Positions 1 to 9,860 are shown, counted from the first letter of the stretch. The stretch is 64,000 nucleotides of DNA from an uncultured Clostridia bacterium (GCA_946187775.1 CAMHSI010000001.1:20988-84987), one strand, 5' to 3'. Numbers and translations are program-made. Notes: generated by a model from the sequence alone, not told the origin.

Positions 1-1
1 C

Positions 2-601
2 GTGATCCTCTCCGGGGAGGAGGAAGCCCGGCTCAGCTTTTTCGGCGCTTCCCGGGCGGTGAAGGACGAATGCTACTGCGGCGTGATCGATATCGGCGGC
101 GGGAGCACGGAGATCGTCACCGGATGCGGGGAGGAAGTGGAAACCGCCTTTTCCTGCCAGATGGGGGCGGTGCGCCTGTTCCGGGAGATCCCCATTGCCC
201 GGAAGGAGGACATGGAGCCTGTGACGGCAGCGGCGGCAGGAATCCTGGAAAGGAAGCTGGAGGAAACCGGGGAGGTGCGGCTGCCGGAAACCTGGATCGG
301 CACCGGTGGAACGTTTACCACCCTGGCGGCCATGGTGAAAGGGATTCCCTGGACCGCCCGGACCCATATGCACGGGACCCGGGTGTCCCGGGAGGAGATC
401 CGGCAGGTTGGGGAAAAGCTGGCGGGCATGCCGCTGGAGGAGCGGATCCGGCTTCCCGGGCTGCAGCCCGGACGGGCGGATATCGTGGTGCACGGCATCT
501 GCATCCTGCTGGCGGTGACGGAGCGGTTCGGCATCGGAAGCATCACGGTGAGCGAATGGGGAAACATGGACGGCTACCTGTGGAAAAAGCTGATGTGCTG
601 A
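2..601 (+). CDS. ppx: Ppx/GppA family exopolyphosphatase (5' truncated by window edge)
   Basis: Motifs ILSGEEEARLSF, DIGGGSTE, GTGGT and GRADIV are typical of the Ppx/GppA (ASKHA) fold. Confidence 0.9.
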   Translation: MILSGEEEARLSFFGASRAVKDECYCGVIDIGGGSTEIVTGCGEEVETAFSCQMGAVRLFREIPIARKEDMEPVTAAAAGILERKLEETGEVRLPETWIGTGGTFTTLAAMVKGIPWTARTHMHGTRVSREEIRQVGEKLAGMPLEERIRLPGLQPGRADIVVHGICILLAVTERFGIGSITVSEWGNMDGYLWKKLMC

Positions 602-634
602 TCCTGTAAATATCTGAATGGAACTGGAGTAGTT

Positions 635-1393
635 ATGCTGGAGTTGAAAAATGTTTCCTTCCAGGTGGACGCGGAAGGAGCGGAAAAGGAAATCGTGCGG
701 GATGTGAACCTGACCATCCCGGACAGGAAACTGATTGTGGTGACCGGGCCCAACGGCGGGGGAAAGTCCACCCTGGCCCGGCTGATCGCCGGAATTGAAA
801 AGCCCACCGGAGGACGGATCTTCTTCGGCGGGGAGGACATTACGGACAGGAGCGTTACGGACCGGGCGAAGATGGGAATCGCCTACGCGTTCCAGCAGCC
901 GGTGCGCTTCAAGGGAATCCGGGTGGTGGACCTGATCCGGATCGCCGCGGGGAAAAAGGTGACGGCGGCGGAAGCCTGCGAATACCTGAGCGCGGTGGGA
1001 CTGTGCGCCCGGGACTATGTGGAGCGGGAAGTGAACGCCAGCCTTTCCGGCGGAGAGCTGAAGCGGATCGAAATCGCGACGGTGCTGGCGCGCCACGCAA
1101 AGCTTTCCGTGTTTGACGAGCCGGAGGCCGGAATTGACCTGTGGAGCTTCCGGAACCTGATCGACGTATTCCGGAACATGCGGGAAACGATTGAGGACAG
1201 CTCCATCCTTGTGATCTCCCACCAGGAGCGGATTCTGAACATCGCCGACGAGATCGTTGTGATCCGGGAAGGCAAGGTGGAGAAGCAGGGACCCCGGGAG
1301 GAAGTGTATCCTTCCCTGGGAGCGGACAGCGCGGAGGCTCCGGCCTGCGACCGCCTGCTCCGGAATATGCGGGAAGAGGGGGAGGACGCGTGA
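635..1393 (+). CDS. sufC: SufC-like Fe-S cluster assembly ABC ATPase
   Basis: Walker A GPNGGGKS, Q-loop AFQQP, signature LSGGELKRIE and DEPEAGID; overlaps the next SufB-like gene; GGAG RBS. Confidence 0.9.
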   Translation: MLELKNVSFQVDAEGAEKEIVRDVNLTIPDRKLIVVTGPNGGGKSTLARLIAGIEKPTGGRIFFGGEDITDRSVTDRAKMGIAYAFQQPVRFKGIRVVDLIRIAAGKKVTAAEACEYLSAVGLCARDYVEREVNASLSGGELKRIEIATVLARHAKLSVFDEPEAGIDLWSFRNLIDVFRNMRETIEDSSILVISHQERILNIADEIVVIREGKVEKQGPREEVYPSLGADSAEAPACDRLLRNMREEGEDA

Positions 1394-2310
1394 TGGACGA
1401 GATTCAGAAGCGGCTGCTGCAGGAGGTAGCCGATCTCCACGAGGTGCCGGAAGGCGCGTATAACATCCGGGCCAACAGCCAGTCCGCCGGGCGCCGCTCC
1501 ACCGCCAACATTGAAATCACCTCCAAGGAGGATGTGAGCGGGCTGGAGATCCGGATCCGGCCGGGGACGAAGCACGAGAGCGTGCATATCCCGGTGGTGA
1601 TGACGGAAAGCGGCCTGAAGGAAGTTGTGTACAACGACTTTTACATCGGCGAGGATTCCGATGTGGTGATCATCGCCGGGTGCGGCATCGACAACTGCGG
1701 AAACCAGGATTCGGAGCACGACGGCATTCATCGGTTCTTCGTGGGAAAAGGCGCGAAGATCCGCTATGTGGAAAAGCATTACGGGTCCGGCGACGGCCGG
1801 GGAAAGCGGATCCTGAATCCCCGCACGGAGGTCTACATGGAGGAAAACAGCTCCATGGAGATGGAAATGGTGCAGATCAAGGGCGTGGACGACACGGTGC
1901 GGGACACGGTGGCGGAGCTGGCGGCCGGGGCGTCCCTGGTGGTTCGGGAGCGGCTGATGACCCACGGGGAGCAGCGCGCCCTGAGCACCTACGACGTGCA
2001 GCTGAACGGAAAGGACTCCAGCGCGGACGTGGTCAGCCGGTCCGTGGCCCGGGACCGGTCCTTCCAGAAATTTGACGCGAAGATTGTGGGGAAGGCTCCC
2101 TGCCACGGGCATACGGAATGCGACTCCATCATCATGGACGAGGGAAAGATCCTGGCGGTGCCCGGGCTGGAGGCGGATCATGTGGACGCCTCCCTGTTCC
2201 ACGAGGCAGCCATCGGCAAGATCGCCGGGGAACAGCTGACGAAGCTGATGACCCTGGGACTGACGGAGGCGGAAGCAGAGGAGCAGATTATCAACGGATT
2301 CCTCCGGTAA
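1390..2310 (+). CDS. sufB: SufB/SufD family Fe-S scaffold protein (short form)
   Basis: Beta-helix character with GHTECDSII, HEAAIGKIA and LMTLGLTEAEAEEQIINGFL. Confidence 0.88.
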   Translation: MMDEIQKRLLQEVADLHEVPEGAYNIRANSQSAGRRSTANIEITSKEDVSGLEIRIRPGTKHESVHIPVVMTESGLKEVVYNDFYIGEDSDVVIIAGCGIDNCGNQDSEHDGIHRFFVGKGAKIRYVEKHYGSGDGRGKRILNPRTEVYMEENSSMEMEMVQIKGVDDTVRDTVAELAAGASLVVRERLMTHGEQRALSTYDVQLNGKDSSADVVSRSVARDRSFQKFDAKIVGKAPCHGHTECDSIIMDEGKILAVPGLEADHVDASLFHEAAIGKIAGEQLTKLMTLGLTEAEAEEQIINGFLR

Positions 2311-2320
2311 GGAAGGACAG

Positions 2321-2389
2321 CGGCGGTCCCGCAGGAGCGGAGCCGCCGTTTTTTTGCGCAAAAAAAACGGACCCCTTCGCGGGGTCCGG
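2321..2389. terminator. Back-to-back intrinsic terminators for sufCB (+) and degV (-)
   Basis: cggcgg...ccgccg followed by a T run, then an A run plus the hairpin cggacccc-ttcgc-ggggtccg, between convergent genes. Confidence 0.8.
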
Positions 2390-2400
2390 AAGATATGGGC

Positions 2401-3282
2401 TCAGGGTTTCCGCTTTTCCTTGCCGATGAAGCAGAGGGCGACGGTTCCGGGGCCGGCGTGGGCACCGATGACGGGGCCCACATGCTCGATCAGCACCCGG
2501 GCGCCGGGAAGGCGCTGCTCCACGGCGGCCTTGACGCGCTCCGCATCCTCCGGGGCGTCGGCATTCAGCACGATAATGGGACTCTCCTCCGGATCGGGCT
2601 CACACTTCATCATGGCATCCACGATATAGGCCAGGGCCTTTTTGCGGCCGCGGATCTTTTCACCGGCCTGGAGGGAGCCGTCGCTGCCTTCGACAATGAT
2701 GGGCTTCAGGTCCAGCATGGTGCCTACGGCGGCCGCGGCGCCGGAGATCCGTCCGCCGCGCTTGAGGTATTTCAGGTCGTCCACGGTGAAGAAGGCCTGG
2801 CACCGGAGCTTATTGTCCTCCAGCCAGGAGGCGACCTCCTCCATGGGCTTGCCGGCGCGGTACATCTCATGGGCCTTGAGCACCAGGAGGGCCATGGGGC
2901 CGGAGATGCTCAGGGTATCCACAACGGTGATTTTCCGGCCGGGATATTTCTCCAAGAGCTTTTCCCGGGCGGAGTAAACCGCCTGGATGGTGGAGGAAAG
3001 CTTGCTGGAGAAGGCAACGAAAAGCAGGTCCTTCCCGCCCTCCAGGACCGGAGTGAAGTAGTCCAGGTACGCGTCCTCATTGAGGGCGGAGGTAACGGGA
3101 TTGGCCCCGGCGCGCATGGCATCGTAATAGCTCTTGAAATCAAGCGACTGGCCCAGGTCGTCGAAATATTCCTTGCCGTTGAGGGCATAGGGCATATAGA
3201 CCACGGGAATATCGTATTCCTCTTTCAGGTGAAAGGGAAGATCACTGTCGCTGTCTGTCATGAAAACATAATTCTGGTCCAT
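2401..3282 (-). CDS. DegV family fatty-acid-binding protein (FakB-like)
   Basis: TDSDSDLP, FSSKLSST, LKRGGRIS and IGAHAGPG; start moved to ATG 3282, which follows AAGGAGG. Confidence 0.92.
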   Translation of the reverse strand: MDQNYVFMTDSDSDLPFHLKEEYDIPVVYMPYALNGKEYFDDLGQSLDFKSYYDAMRAGANPVTSALNEDAYLDYFTPVLEGGKDLLFVAFSSKLSSTIQAVYSAREKLLEKYPGRKITVVDTLSISGPMALLVLKAHEMYRAGKPMEEVASWLEDNKLRCQAFFTVDDLKYLKRGGRISGAAAAVGTMLDLKPIIVEGSDGSLQAGEKIRGRKKALAYIVDAMMKCEPDPEESPIIVLNADAPEDAERVKAAVEQRLPGARVLIEHVGPVIGAHAGPGTVALCFIGKEKRKP

Positions 3283-3326
3283 GAATCCGGCCTCCTTCAG
3301 CCTGCGAGTAAATTCCATCGAATACC

Positions 3327-3355
3327 ATTTTATAATACGGCAGTGGAAATTGCAA
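3327..3355 (-). promoter_or_regulatory. SigA-type promoter for degV embedded in the last codons of the GH31 gene
   Basis: Minus strand TTGCAA-N17-TAAAAT. Confidence 0.55.
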
Positions 3356-5387
3356 CCCCGGGGACGGGAACGGAGGGAGCGGCGGCAGGCAGGAAAACCG
3401 GTGTCAGGTGTTCTTCCAGGACGGGATGGGGGTCAATTCCGTCGTCCCGGTAAAGGTCATAACGGACGGCCGTATCCGTTCGGCCGAGAACGGTGAAGGA
3501 GCGGTCGTCCAGGGTTTCGGTGCTGGTTCCGCCGGGGCAGAGAAGCACCGCGTGGTTCTTTTTCACAAACAGGGGGAATTCCCGCAGGCCCAGGCTGATC
3601 CGATGGTCCCCCCGGTCCAGGGGCACCAGATCGTAATCCTCCGGGGAGCGGAAGCGGATCATCAGCATATCCTCCGGCAGGTAGACATACCTTCCGGAAG
3701 CGTTCTGCTCCAGCACCGGGGCAATCATGCAGCCCTCCCCCAGGAGGAGCTGGTCCTCCGTGGCGACGGCCCGGGGATCCTCCGGATAGTCAAAGGCCAG
3801 GGGACGGAAATACATGCCGTCGGACAGGGCGGCCTTCATGAACTCACTGTAAAGGAAGGGCAGGAGGGCGTAGCGGACCCGGAGGATGCTGCGCAGGTCC
3901 TCCCAGCTGGAGAAGCGGTAGACCTCCTGCTCCCGGGTGTGGAGGGCGGAGTGGTTCCGCATCAGGGGAGTGAAGACCCCCAGCTGGAGGAAGCGGGCCA
4001 GCAGGTCTTCCGTGACATTGCAGCTGAAGCCGCCCAGGTCGCAGCCGGAATACAGGAAGCCGCAGAGGTTCAGGTTCGGGAGCATCTGCAGGACCAGCTT
4101 CAGGTGGCTCCACCAGGAGGAATTGTCCCCGGTCCACACGCCGCCGTTGCGGTGGGCGCCGATGAAGGAGGAACGGGAGAAAAGGAGGAACCGCCGGTCC
4201 GGATCGAACCGCCGGAAGCCTTCCGCGGAGGCCCGGGTCATGAAGGCGCCGTAGAGGTTATGCACCTTGTCATGCCGGACGGCAGTGCCGGAGGGATGAT
4301 GGAAGAAGGAGCGGTAATCCTCCTCGTTGTTGGCCAGGGAGTTGAAGGCGGAGCTGAGACTCCAGAGGGCTTCGTAATCCCCGCCGGATGCGGTTTCCCG
4401 GGTCCGGAGGAGGGCGGCCTCCAGCCGCTCGGGGGTATAGAACAGGGAGGGCTCGTTCATATCGTTCCAGAAGCCTTCCACGCCGGCCTCCAGCAGGGGA
4501 CGGTACAGAGAGCCGAACCAGCGGCGGACATCCTCCCGCAGGAAGTCCGGAAAGCAGCAGAGCCCCGGCCACACAGCCGCGGTGAAATCGCTGCCGTCTC
4601 CTTTTTTGCAGAAGGAGTCCCCGGCCTTTCCGGAATCATAGGGCGGATAGCCCTCCTCCTGCCGGATGCCCGCGTCGATGATGGGAACCAGGTGGATATG
4701 CTCCTCCCGCATATCCCGGCTGAAGCGCTCCAGGTCCGGGAAGGCGTCCTTCCGCCAGGTGAAGTTTTTGTACTCCTCCATGTAGTCGATATCCATGCAG
4801 ATTCCGTCCAGGGGGATGTCCCGTTTCCGGTGCTCCTCCGCAACGGCGCGGCATTCCGCTTCGCTGGCGTATCCCCAGCGGCTCTGGATATAGCCGAAGG
4901 CCCAGCGGGGCGGGAGATAGCTGCGGCCGGTCAGCTTCCGGAAGGAGCGGGCCAGGGCAGGGAGGGAGTCCTCCTCCAGCACATACAGGTCCAGGTTTCC
5001 GTTTTCGGAGGTGATGACCGCGGTGTCGGACCGGGTAAAGCCCAGGTCCCAGGAGACGCGGCCGGGATCGTCCAGGTAGACGCCGAAGAGGCACCCGGGA
5101 CCGAAGAAGACCAGGAAATTATGGGAAGCGTAGAGGCTTTCCGTGCTTTCCGTATGGGAAAAGATATCGCTGTTCCAGGAAACATACCGGAACCCGCGCT
5201 TGTTGATGCCCCGCACGGATTCCCCGAGACCGAAGAGGACATCCTCCGGCTGCAGCTTCCGTGTGAGGACGACCTGATTTCCCTCCCGGGAGAGATCCAG
5301 GTAAGGAACCGGCCCCTTTTCCGCCGGCAGAGAGAGCACCACCGCATCCGTGGGGAACGGCGTTCCGAAGGTGTATTTCCGAATCAT
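3330..5387 (-). CDS. GH31 alpha-glucosidase family glycoside hydrolase (no signal peptide)
   Basis: QSRWGY, MDIDYM, nucleophile motif WNDMNEP, acid/base motif WTGDN and MRNHS. Confidence 0.93.
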   Translation of the reverse strand: MIRKYTFGTPFPTDAVVLSLPAEKGPVPYLDLSREGNQVVLTRKLQPEDVLFGLGESVRGINKRGFRYVSWNSDIFSHTESTESLYASHNFLVFFGPGCLFGVYLDDPGRVSWDLGFTRSDTAVITSENGNLDLYVLEEDSLPALARSFRKLTGRSYLPPRWAFGYIQSRWGYASEAECRAVAEEHRKRDIPLDGICMDIDYMEEYKNFTWRKDAFPDLERFSRDMREEHIHLVPIIDAGIRQEEGYPPYDSGKAGDSFCKKGDGSDFTAAVWPGLCCFPDFLREDVRRWFGSLYRPLLEAGVEGFWNDMNEPSLFYTPERLEAALLRTRETASGGDYEALWSLSSAFNSLANNEEDYRSFFHHPSGTAVRHDKVHNLYGAFMTRASAEGFRRFDPDRRFLLFSRSSFIGAHRNGGVWTGDNSSWWSHLKLVLQMLPNLNLCGFLYSGCDLGGFSCNVTEDLLARFLQLGVFTPLMRNHSALHTREQEVYRFSSWEDLRSILRVRYALLPFLYSEFMKAALSDGMYFRPLAFDYPEDPRAVATEDQLLLGEGCMIAPVLEQNASGRYVYLPEDMLMIRFRSPEDYDLVPLDRGDHRISLGLREFPLFVKKNHAVLLCPGGTSTETLDDRSFTVLGRTDTAVRYDLYRDDGIDPHPVLEEHLTPVFLPAAAPSVPVPGVAISTAVL

Positions 5388-5453
5388 TTGGGAAGACCCC
5401 TTTTCCAGTCCTTTTTTGCAAGTATATCACAGGGCGGCGGCGGTTGAAAACAG

Positions 5454-5482
5454 AAAAAAACCGCCGGCATTCCGCCGGCGGG
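5454..5482 (-). terminator. Intrinsic terminator of the nfeD-floA operon
   Basis: A run plus ccgccggc-attcc-gccggcgg on +, giving a hairpin and U tract on -. Confidence 0.75.
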
Positions 5483-5490
5483 GCTTGGGT

Positions 5491-5907
5491 TCAGCGTTTC
5501 CTGTTCAGGATTTCGCTCATGACAATTCCACGGACCACATCGTTCTCCGTCCATCCCAGGGGGATGCCGGAAGAGGCCGGCTGCGGATGCAGCGGGGGCT
5601 CTTCCTGTTCCGCCAGGGTCAGGGAAGCCATCTGCTCATCATGGCAGGGATCGTATCCCTCCCCGGTGTCGGCGTCCAGGCTTCCCCGGTAAGGGGGAAG
5701 ATCCGGCCGCGGGGGGGAAACGGTGGGAGTGAGAACCTGCGGAGGCTCCTCCTCCTGCAGGGGAGGGAATTCCGGGACCTGGGCCTGCCGGGGCGGGGCG
5801 GCAGCATTTTTCTTCTGCCGCTCCGTGGCCTTTTTCGCAACGGAGAGGGGAACCCCGATCATGATCCAGATCATCAGGAGCAGGAAAAGGGGTACGAACG
5901 CGTCCAT
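5491..5907 (-). CDS. Small membrane-anchored Pro-rich protein in the third position of the floA operon (YqfB-like position)
   Basis: N-terminal TM helix, low-complexity middle and C-terminal 'VVRGIVMSEIL' motif; RBS GGAGG. Confidence 0.75.
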   Translation of the reverse strand: MDAFVPLFLLLMIWIMIGVPLSVAKKATERQKKNAAAPPRQAQVPEFPPLQEEEPPQVLTPTVSPPRPDLPPYRGSLDADTGEGYDPCHDEQMASLTLAEQEEPPLHPQPASSGIPLGWTENDVVRGIVMSEILNRKR

Positions 5908-5930
5908 TCTTCCATTCCTCCGATTCGGGA

Positions 5931-6929
5931 TTACTTCTTGGGACGGGGATCAGGATCCTGCTGGGGCTGGCTGGCCTTGGCGATGGATTCGCGCATTTCG
6001 GTATCGGCGATGGTGTTCTTCATCTGGTAGTAATCCAGGACGCCCATCTTGCCGTCCCGCAGGGCGGTGGCCATGGCGCGCGGCACTTCTGCTTCGGCTT
6101 CCACAACCTTGGCGCGCATTTCCTGCACGGAGGCTTTCATTTCCTGCTCCCGGGCCACAGCCATGGCGCGGCGCTCCTCCGCCTTCGCCTGGGCGATGCG
6201 GCGGTCGGCTTCGGCCTGGTCCATCTGGAGCTGGGCGCCTACGTTGCGGCCCACGTCCACATCCGCGATATCGATGGAGAGGATTTCATAGGCGGTTCCG
6301 GCATCCAGGCCCTTATCCAGCACGGTGCGGCTGATCAGGTCCGGGTTTTCCAGCACCTGCTTGTGGGTTTCGGCGCTGCCGACGGTGGTGACGATGCCTT
6401 CGCCGACGCGGGCGATGACCGTTTCCTCGCCGGCGCCGCCGACCAGGCGCTCGATGTTGGTGCGCACGGTCACCCGGGCCTTGGCCCGCAGCTCAATACC
6501 GTCCTTGGCGATGGCGGCGACCACGGGGGTTTCGATGACCTTGGGGGTAACGCTCATCTGCACGGCCTGGAAAACATCGCGGCCGGCCAGGTCGATGGCG
6601 CAGGCCTTTTCAAAGGCCATTTCGATATTTGCCCGCTGGGCGGCGATGAGGGCGTTGATGACCCGGTCCACGTTACCGCCGGCCAGGTAATGGGTTTCCA
6701 GCTGGGAAATGGTCAGGTTCAGGCCGGCCTTGTTGGCCTTGATCAGGGGGTACACCAGGCGCTGGGGCTGGATCCGGCGGATCCGCATGCCCACCAGGGA
6801 ACCGATGGAGACGTGCACGCCGCTGGCCAGGGAGGAAATCCACAGGCCCATGGGCACGAAGTGCAGGAAGACGGCCAGCACGATCAGCGCGATGACGATG
6901 ATGATAATGGTTACAGGATTAAAAGGCAT
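5931..6929 (-). CDS. floA: Flotillin-like protein FloA (YqfA)
   Basis: [29 protein letters not shown] and [14 protein letters not shown] are diagnostic. Confidence 0.95.
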   Translation of the reverse strand: MPFNPVTIIIIVIALIVLAVFLHFVPMGLWISSLASGVHVSIGSLVGMRIRRIQPQRLVYPLIKANKAGLNLTISQLETHYLAGGNVDRVINALIAAQRANIEMAFEKACAIDLAGRDVFQAVQMSVTPKVIETPVVAAIAKDGIELRAKARVTVRTNIERLVGGAGEETVIARVGEGIVTTVGSAETHKQVLENPDLISRTVLDKGLDAGTAYEILSIDIADVDVGRNVGAQLQMDQAEADRRIAQAKAEERRAMAVAREQEMKASVQEMRAKVVEAEAEVPRAMATALRDGKMGVLDYYQMKNTIADTEMRESIAKASQPQQDPDPRPKK

Positions 6930-6947
6930 AGAACATTCTCCTCCTTC

Positions 6948-7436
6948 TTAAATCTTACGGATGACAAGATGATCGCCTTCGGCGCCGACCACACGCACCG
7001 GAGTTCCCTTGGACAGGAACTCCCCGGAAGTGGACGCGTTCAGGCGCTTTCCGCCGATTTCAATGAAGCCGGCGGGGCGCAGGGCGGTAACGGTGATTCC
7101 TTCCTGGTTCAGCCATTCCTGCAGGGAGGACTGGGTGACAGGGGAGGCTTCCGTGTCCTTCAGGACCAGGGTTTTGCTGAGGCGGCCCTTCATGGCGCTC
7201 CGGTAGGAGAGGAACACGGCGATCCCGATGACCACGATCACTCCCAGGGTTCCGATCAGGCTCCACGTAACGCCGTAGAACTGATTGGTGAGGACGATGG
7301 CGGCAATTTCCAGCACCGCGCCGGAAATGCCGGCAACCCCGAAGCCCGGCATGAACGCCTCCACAATGATCAGCCCGCTGCCGAAGAGATAGCAGAGAAC
7401 CATAATCAACGTACCGGTTGAGATATCCAAATGCAT
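6948..7436 (-). CDS. nfeD: Short NfeD family membrane protein (start may be TTG 7430)
   Basis: TM helices with EAFMPGFGVAG; C-terminal OB fold TALRPAG...GEFLSKGTPVRVV; directly upstream of floA. Confidence 0.88.
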   Translation of the reverse strand: MHLDISTGTLIMVLCYLFGSGLIIVEAFMPGFGVAGISGAVLEIAAIVLTNQFYGVTWSLIGTLGVIVVIGIAVFLSYRSAMKGRLSKTLVLKDTEASPVTQSSLQEWLNQEGITVTALRPAGFIEIGGKRLNASTSGEFLSKGTPVRVVGAEGDHLVIRKI

Positions 7437-7567
7437 GACCTCCTTTCCGCAAAGCGTATTCCTTCTGCGGAATCATCGTAGCAAAAACAGGGCGGAGAAT
7501 ACAGGACGATCCGGGAAAGATAAGGGCCTCTATTTCTCCGCGCGGGGAAGGGAACAATCTTATATGT

Positions 7568-7596
7568 ATTATAAGCAGAAAGGAAGCAGATTGCAA
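7568..7596 (-). promoter_or_regulatory. SigA-type promoter upstream of nfeD
   Basis: Minus strand TTGCAA-N17-TATAAT in an AT-rich patch. Confidence 0.7.
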
Positions 7597-7597
7597 A

Positions 7598-9007
7598 TTA
7601 CGCGGCCCTGCGGAGACGGACCGGGGAACGGCCCCGGGGGGTTTCCTTCATGTCGGGCATCAGCCGCTGGCGCAGGGTACGCATGATCTGGTAATAGCAG
7701 GGGAAGAGGAATACGTCCGCCAGCACCCAGGCGGCGGGATTGGCAAAGCAGGCGCCGGTAAAACCGGCGGCAGGCACCACGAACAGCGCCACCGCGGTAC
7801 GGGCGATCATTTCAAACAGGCCGGCCAGCATGGCCACCCGGGTGAAGCCCATCCCCTGGATGCTCAGCCGGATGATATTGACGAAGAGCAGGGGAATATA
7901 GAAGGCGGCATTGATGGTCAGGTAACGGACACCCATGGAAGTGACTTCCGGCGCGGCCTGGGCGTCGATGAACAGGCCCAGCATAGGACGGGCGAACAGC
8001 GCAACCACCCCGAAGGCCGCCAGGCAGTACACGATGCCGAGGGCGGAGGAGCAGCGCAGCCCCTGATGGATCCGGTCCAGCTTCCGGGCGCCCATGTTCT
8101 GGCCGGCATAGGTGGCCATGGTGGAGGCCAGGGCGTCGAAGAAGCAGGCGAAGAAGGCGCTGAGCTTCGCCGCGCCGCTGATGGCGGCTACGGCGGAAAC
8201 GCCCAGCCCGTTGACGGACCACTGGACCATCACGGAGCCGATGGCCGTGATGGAGAACTGCAGCCCCATGGGCAGGCCGGTTCCCAGCATCTTCCGGGCG
8301 AGGACGGGGTCGAACCGCCGGTCCTCCCGGGAAAGACGCAGCACGGGGAAGTGCCGGATCATGAACCAGACGCAGCCGATACCGGAAAGGAGCTGGCTGA
8401 CGGCGGTGGCAACGGCGGCGCCGGCCACATCCATGCCGCAGACGATGATCAGGAACAGGTCCAGGACGATGTTGATGAGGGAAGCGATGACCAGGAAGAC
8501 CACGGGCGTCCGGCTGTCCCCCAGGGAACGCAGGATGCCGCTGGCCATGTTATAAAGCACGCAGCAGGGAATGGCCGCGAAGATGATGCCGATATAACTG
8601 GCGGAATGATCCAGGATCTCCTCCGGGGTGTTCATCAGCCGGAGCAGGGGCCGGCACAGCAGGAAGGAAGCGATGGCAAAGACCAGGCTCAGCACGCCGC
8701 TGAGGATTACCGCATGCCAGACGCAGCGGCGGATCTCCCCTTCGTCCTTGGCCCCGAAGGCCTGGGCGATGGGGATGGAAAAGCCGGAGCACAGGCCGAG
8801 GCACAGGCCGATGACCAGGAAGTTTACGGAGCCGGTGGCCCCGACGGCCGCCAGGCGCTCCGCCCCCAGGAAACGGCCGACAACCGCCGTATCCACAAAG
8901 CTGTACAGCTGCTGAAACAGCACGCCAAAAAGCAACGGCAGGGCGAAGGAAACAATCTGCTTCAGGGGGCGGCCTTCCGTCAGGTCGCGGGTAAGATTCC
9001 GGGCCAT
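7598..9007 (-). CDS. MATE family efflux transporter
   Basis: DLTEG..KQIVSFALP, QQLYSFVDT and LRSLGDSRTP; about 12 TMs; start moved to ATG 9007 after AGAGGT. Confidence 0.92.
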   Translation of the reverse strand: MARNLTRDLTEGRPLKQIVSFALPLLFGVLFQQLYSFVDTAVVGRFLGAERLAAVGATGSVNFLVIGLCLGLCSGFSIPIAQAFGAKDEGEIRRCVWHAVILSGVLSLVFAIASFLLCRPLLRLMNTPEEILDHSASYIGIIFAAIPCCVLYNMASGILRSLGDSRTPVVFLVIASLINIVLDLFLIIVCGMDVAGAAVATAVSQLLSGIGCVWFMIRHFPVLRLSREDRRFDPVLARKMLGTGLPMGLQFSITAIGSVMVQWSVNGLGVSAVAAISGAAKLSAFFACFFDALASTMATYAGQNMGARKLDRIHQGLRCSSALGIVYCLAAFGVVALFARPMLGLFIDAQAAPEVTSMGVRYLTINAAFYIPLLFVNIIRLSIQGMGFTRVAMLAGLFEMIARTAVALFVVPAAGFTGACFANPAAWVLADVFLFPCYYQIMRTLRQRLMPDMKETPRGRSPVRLRRAA

Positions 9008-9121
9008 AGAGTACCTCTTTCCGGCGGCGCTTGCCGTCCGGAAGGTTATAACACTTTTTGCCCGGGGGTACAAGCCGTTTTTTTCAGCCGGATTTCCGGA
9101 CAGATCGGCCATTTTCCGCAC

Positions 9122-9153
9122 AAAAAAAGGGCGGATCCGAACCGGATCCGCCC
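9122..9153 (-). terminator. hsp20 terminator
   Basis: A7 plus the hairpin gggcggatcc-gaacc-ggatccgccc. Confidence 0.85.
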
Positions 9154-9167
9154 GGGCAGGGAGGAGA

Positions 9168-9629
9168 TTATCCTTCGATACAGATGGTTTTCTTTTCGGG
9201 AACCTTCTGGGCGTCCTTCTTCGGGACGGTCAGGCTGAGGACGCCGTTCTCATACCTGGCTTTGATTTCCTCTTCGGTGACATTCTCGCCGACGTAGAAG
9301 CTCCTGGACATGGCGCCGGAATAACGCTCCTGGCGGAGTACCCGGCCCTGCTTTTCCTCCTTGTTCTCCAGGGATTTCTCTGTGGAGATGGTCAGGTAGC
9401 CGTTCTCCAGCTCCAGGTGGATCTCTTCCTTCTTAAAGCCGGGCAGGTCCACATCCACTTCATAGCCGGTATCCGTTTCCTTCACGTCCGTCTTCATCAT
9501 GTTGGCGGCGTTCTTGCCGTAGAGCACATGCTCCGGACGGTTCCATCCGCGGAAGAAATTCCGGTCAAAGTCATCAAACATATCCATCATGTTTTCTCCG
9601 AATACTGCAGGCAGGAAGCTACTCATCAT
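9168..9629 (-). CDS. Hsp20/alpha-crystallin small heat-shock protein
   Basis: MKTDVKE, DLPGFKKEEI, RQERYSG..SRSF and YENGVLSLTVPK. Confidence 0.95.
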   Translation of the reverse strand: MMSSFLPAVFGENMMDMFDDFDRNFFRGWNRPEHVLYGKNAANMMKTDVKETDTGYEVDVDLPGFKKEEIHLELENGYLTISTEKSLENKEEKQGRVLRQERYSGAMSRSFYVGENVTEEEIKARYENGVLSLTVPKKDAQKVPEKKTICIEG

Positions 9630-9742
9630 AAAACCCTCCATTCATCGGGCACCGCCGGAATCATTTCCCGGGGAGCCCGCACTCTTTTTCATTCCTGTGG
9701 TCTTTTGCACCGCCCCGTTCTCCCGAACGCTGATTATAGTAT

Positions 9743-9792
9743 AGTCAAAGATCAAAGATAGTCAAATAATGAAAAGGTCAAAGAAGGTCAAA
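9743..9792. promoter_or_regulatory. CtsR-type heptad direct repeats overlapping the hsp20 promoter
   Basis: GGTCAAA-GAA-GGTCAAA (9776-9792), GATCAAA-GAT-AGTCAAA (9750-9766) and AGTCAAA (9743-9749); minus-strand TTGACT-N16-TATACT overlaps them. Confidence 0.8.
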
Positions 9793-9860
9793 ACAATGCG
9801 GGAAAGCGCTGTTTCCTGAATCATTCACGGTTTTTCTTCAAATATCGCAGGTTTTCAAAG

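Noticed and set aside
9640-9730. CIRCE element or RNA thermometer in the hsp20 leader
   Set aside because: Only a partial GAGTGC half-site is present, and the leader hairpin does not pair with the Shine-Dalgarno sequence.
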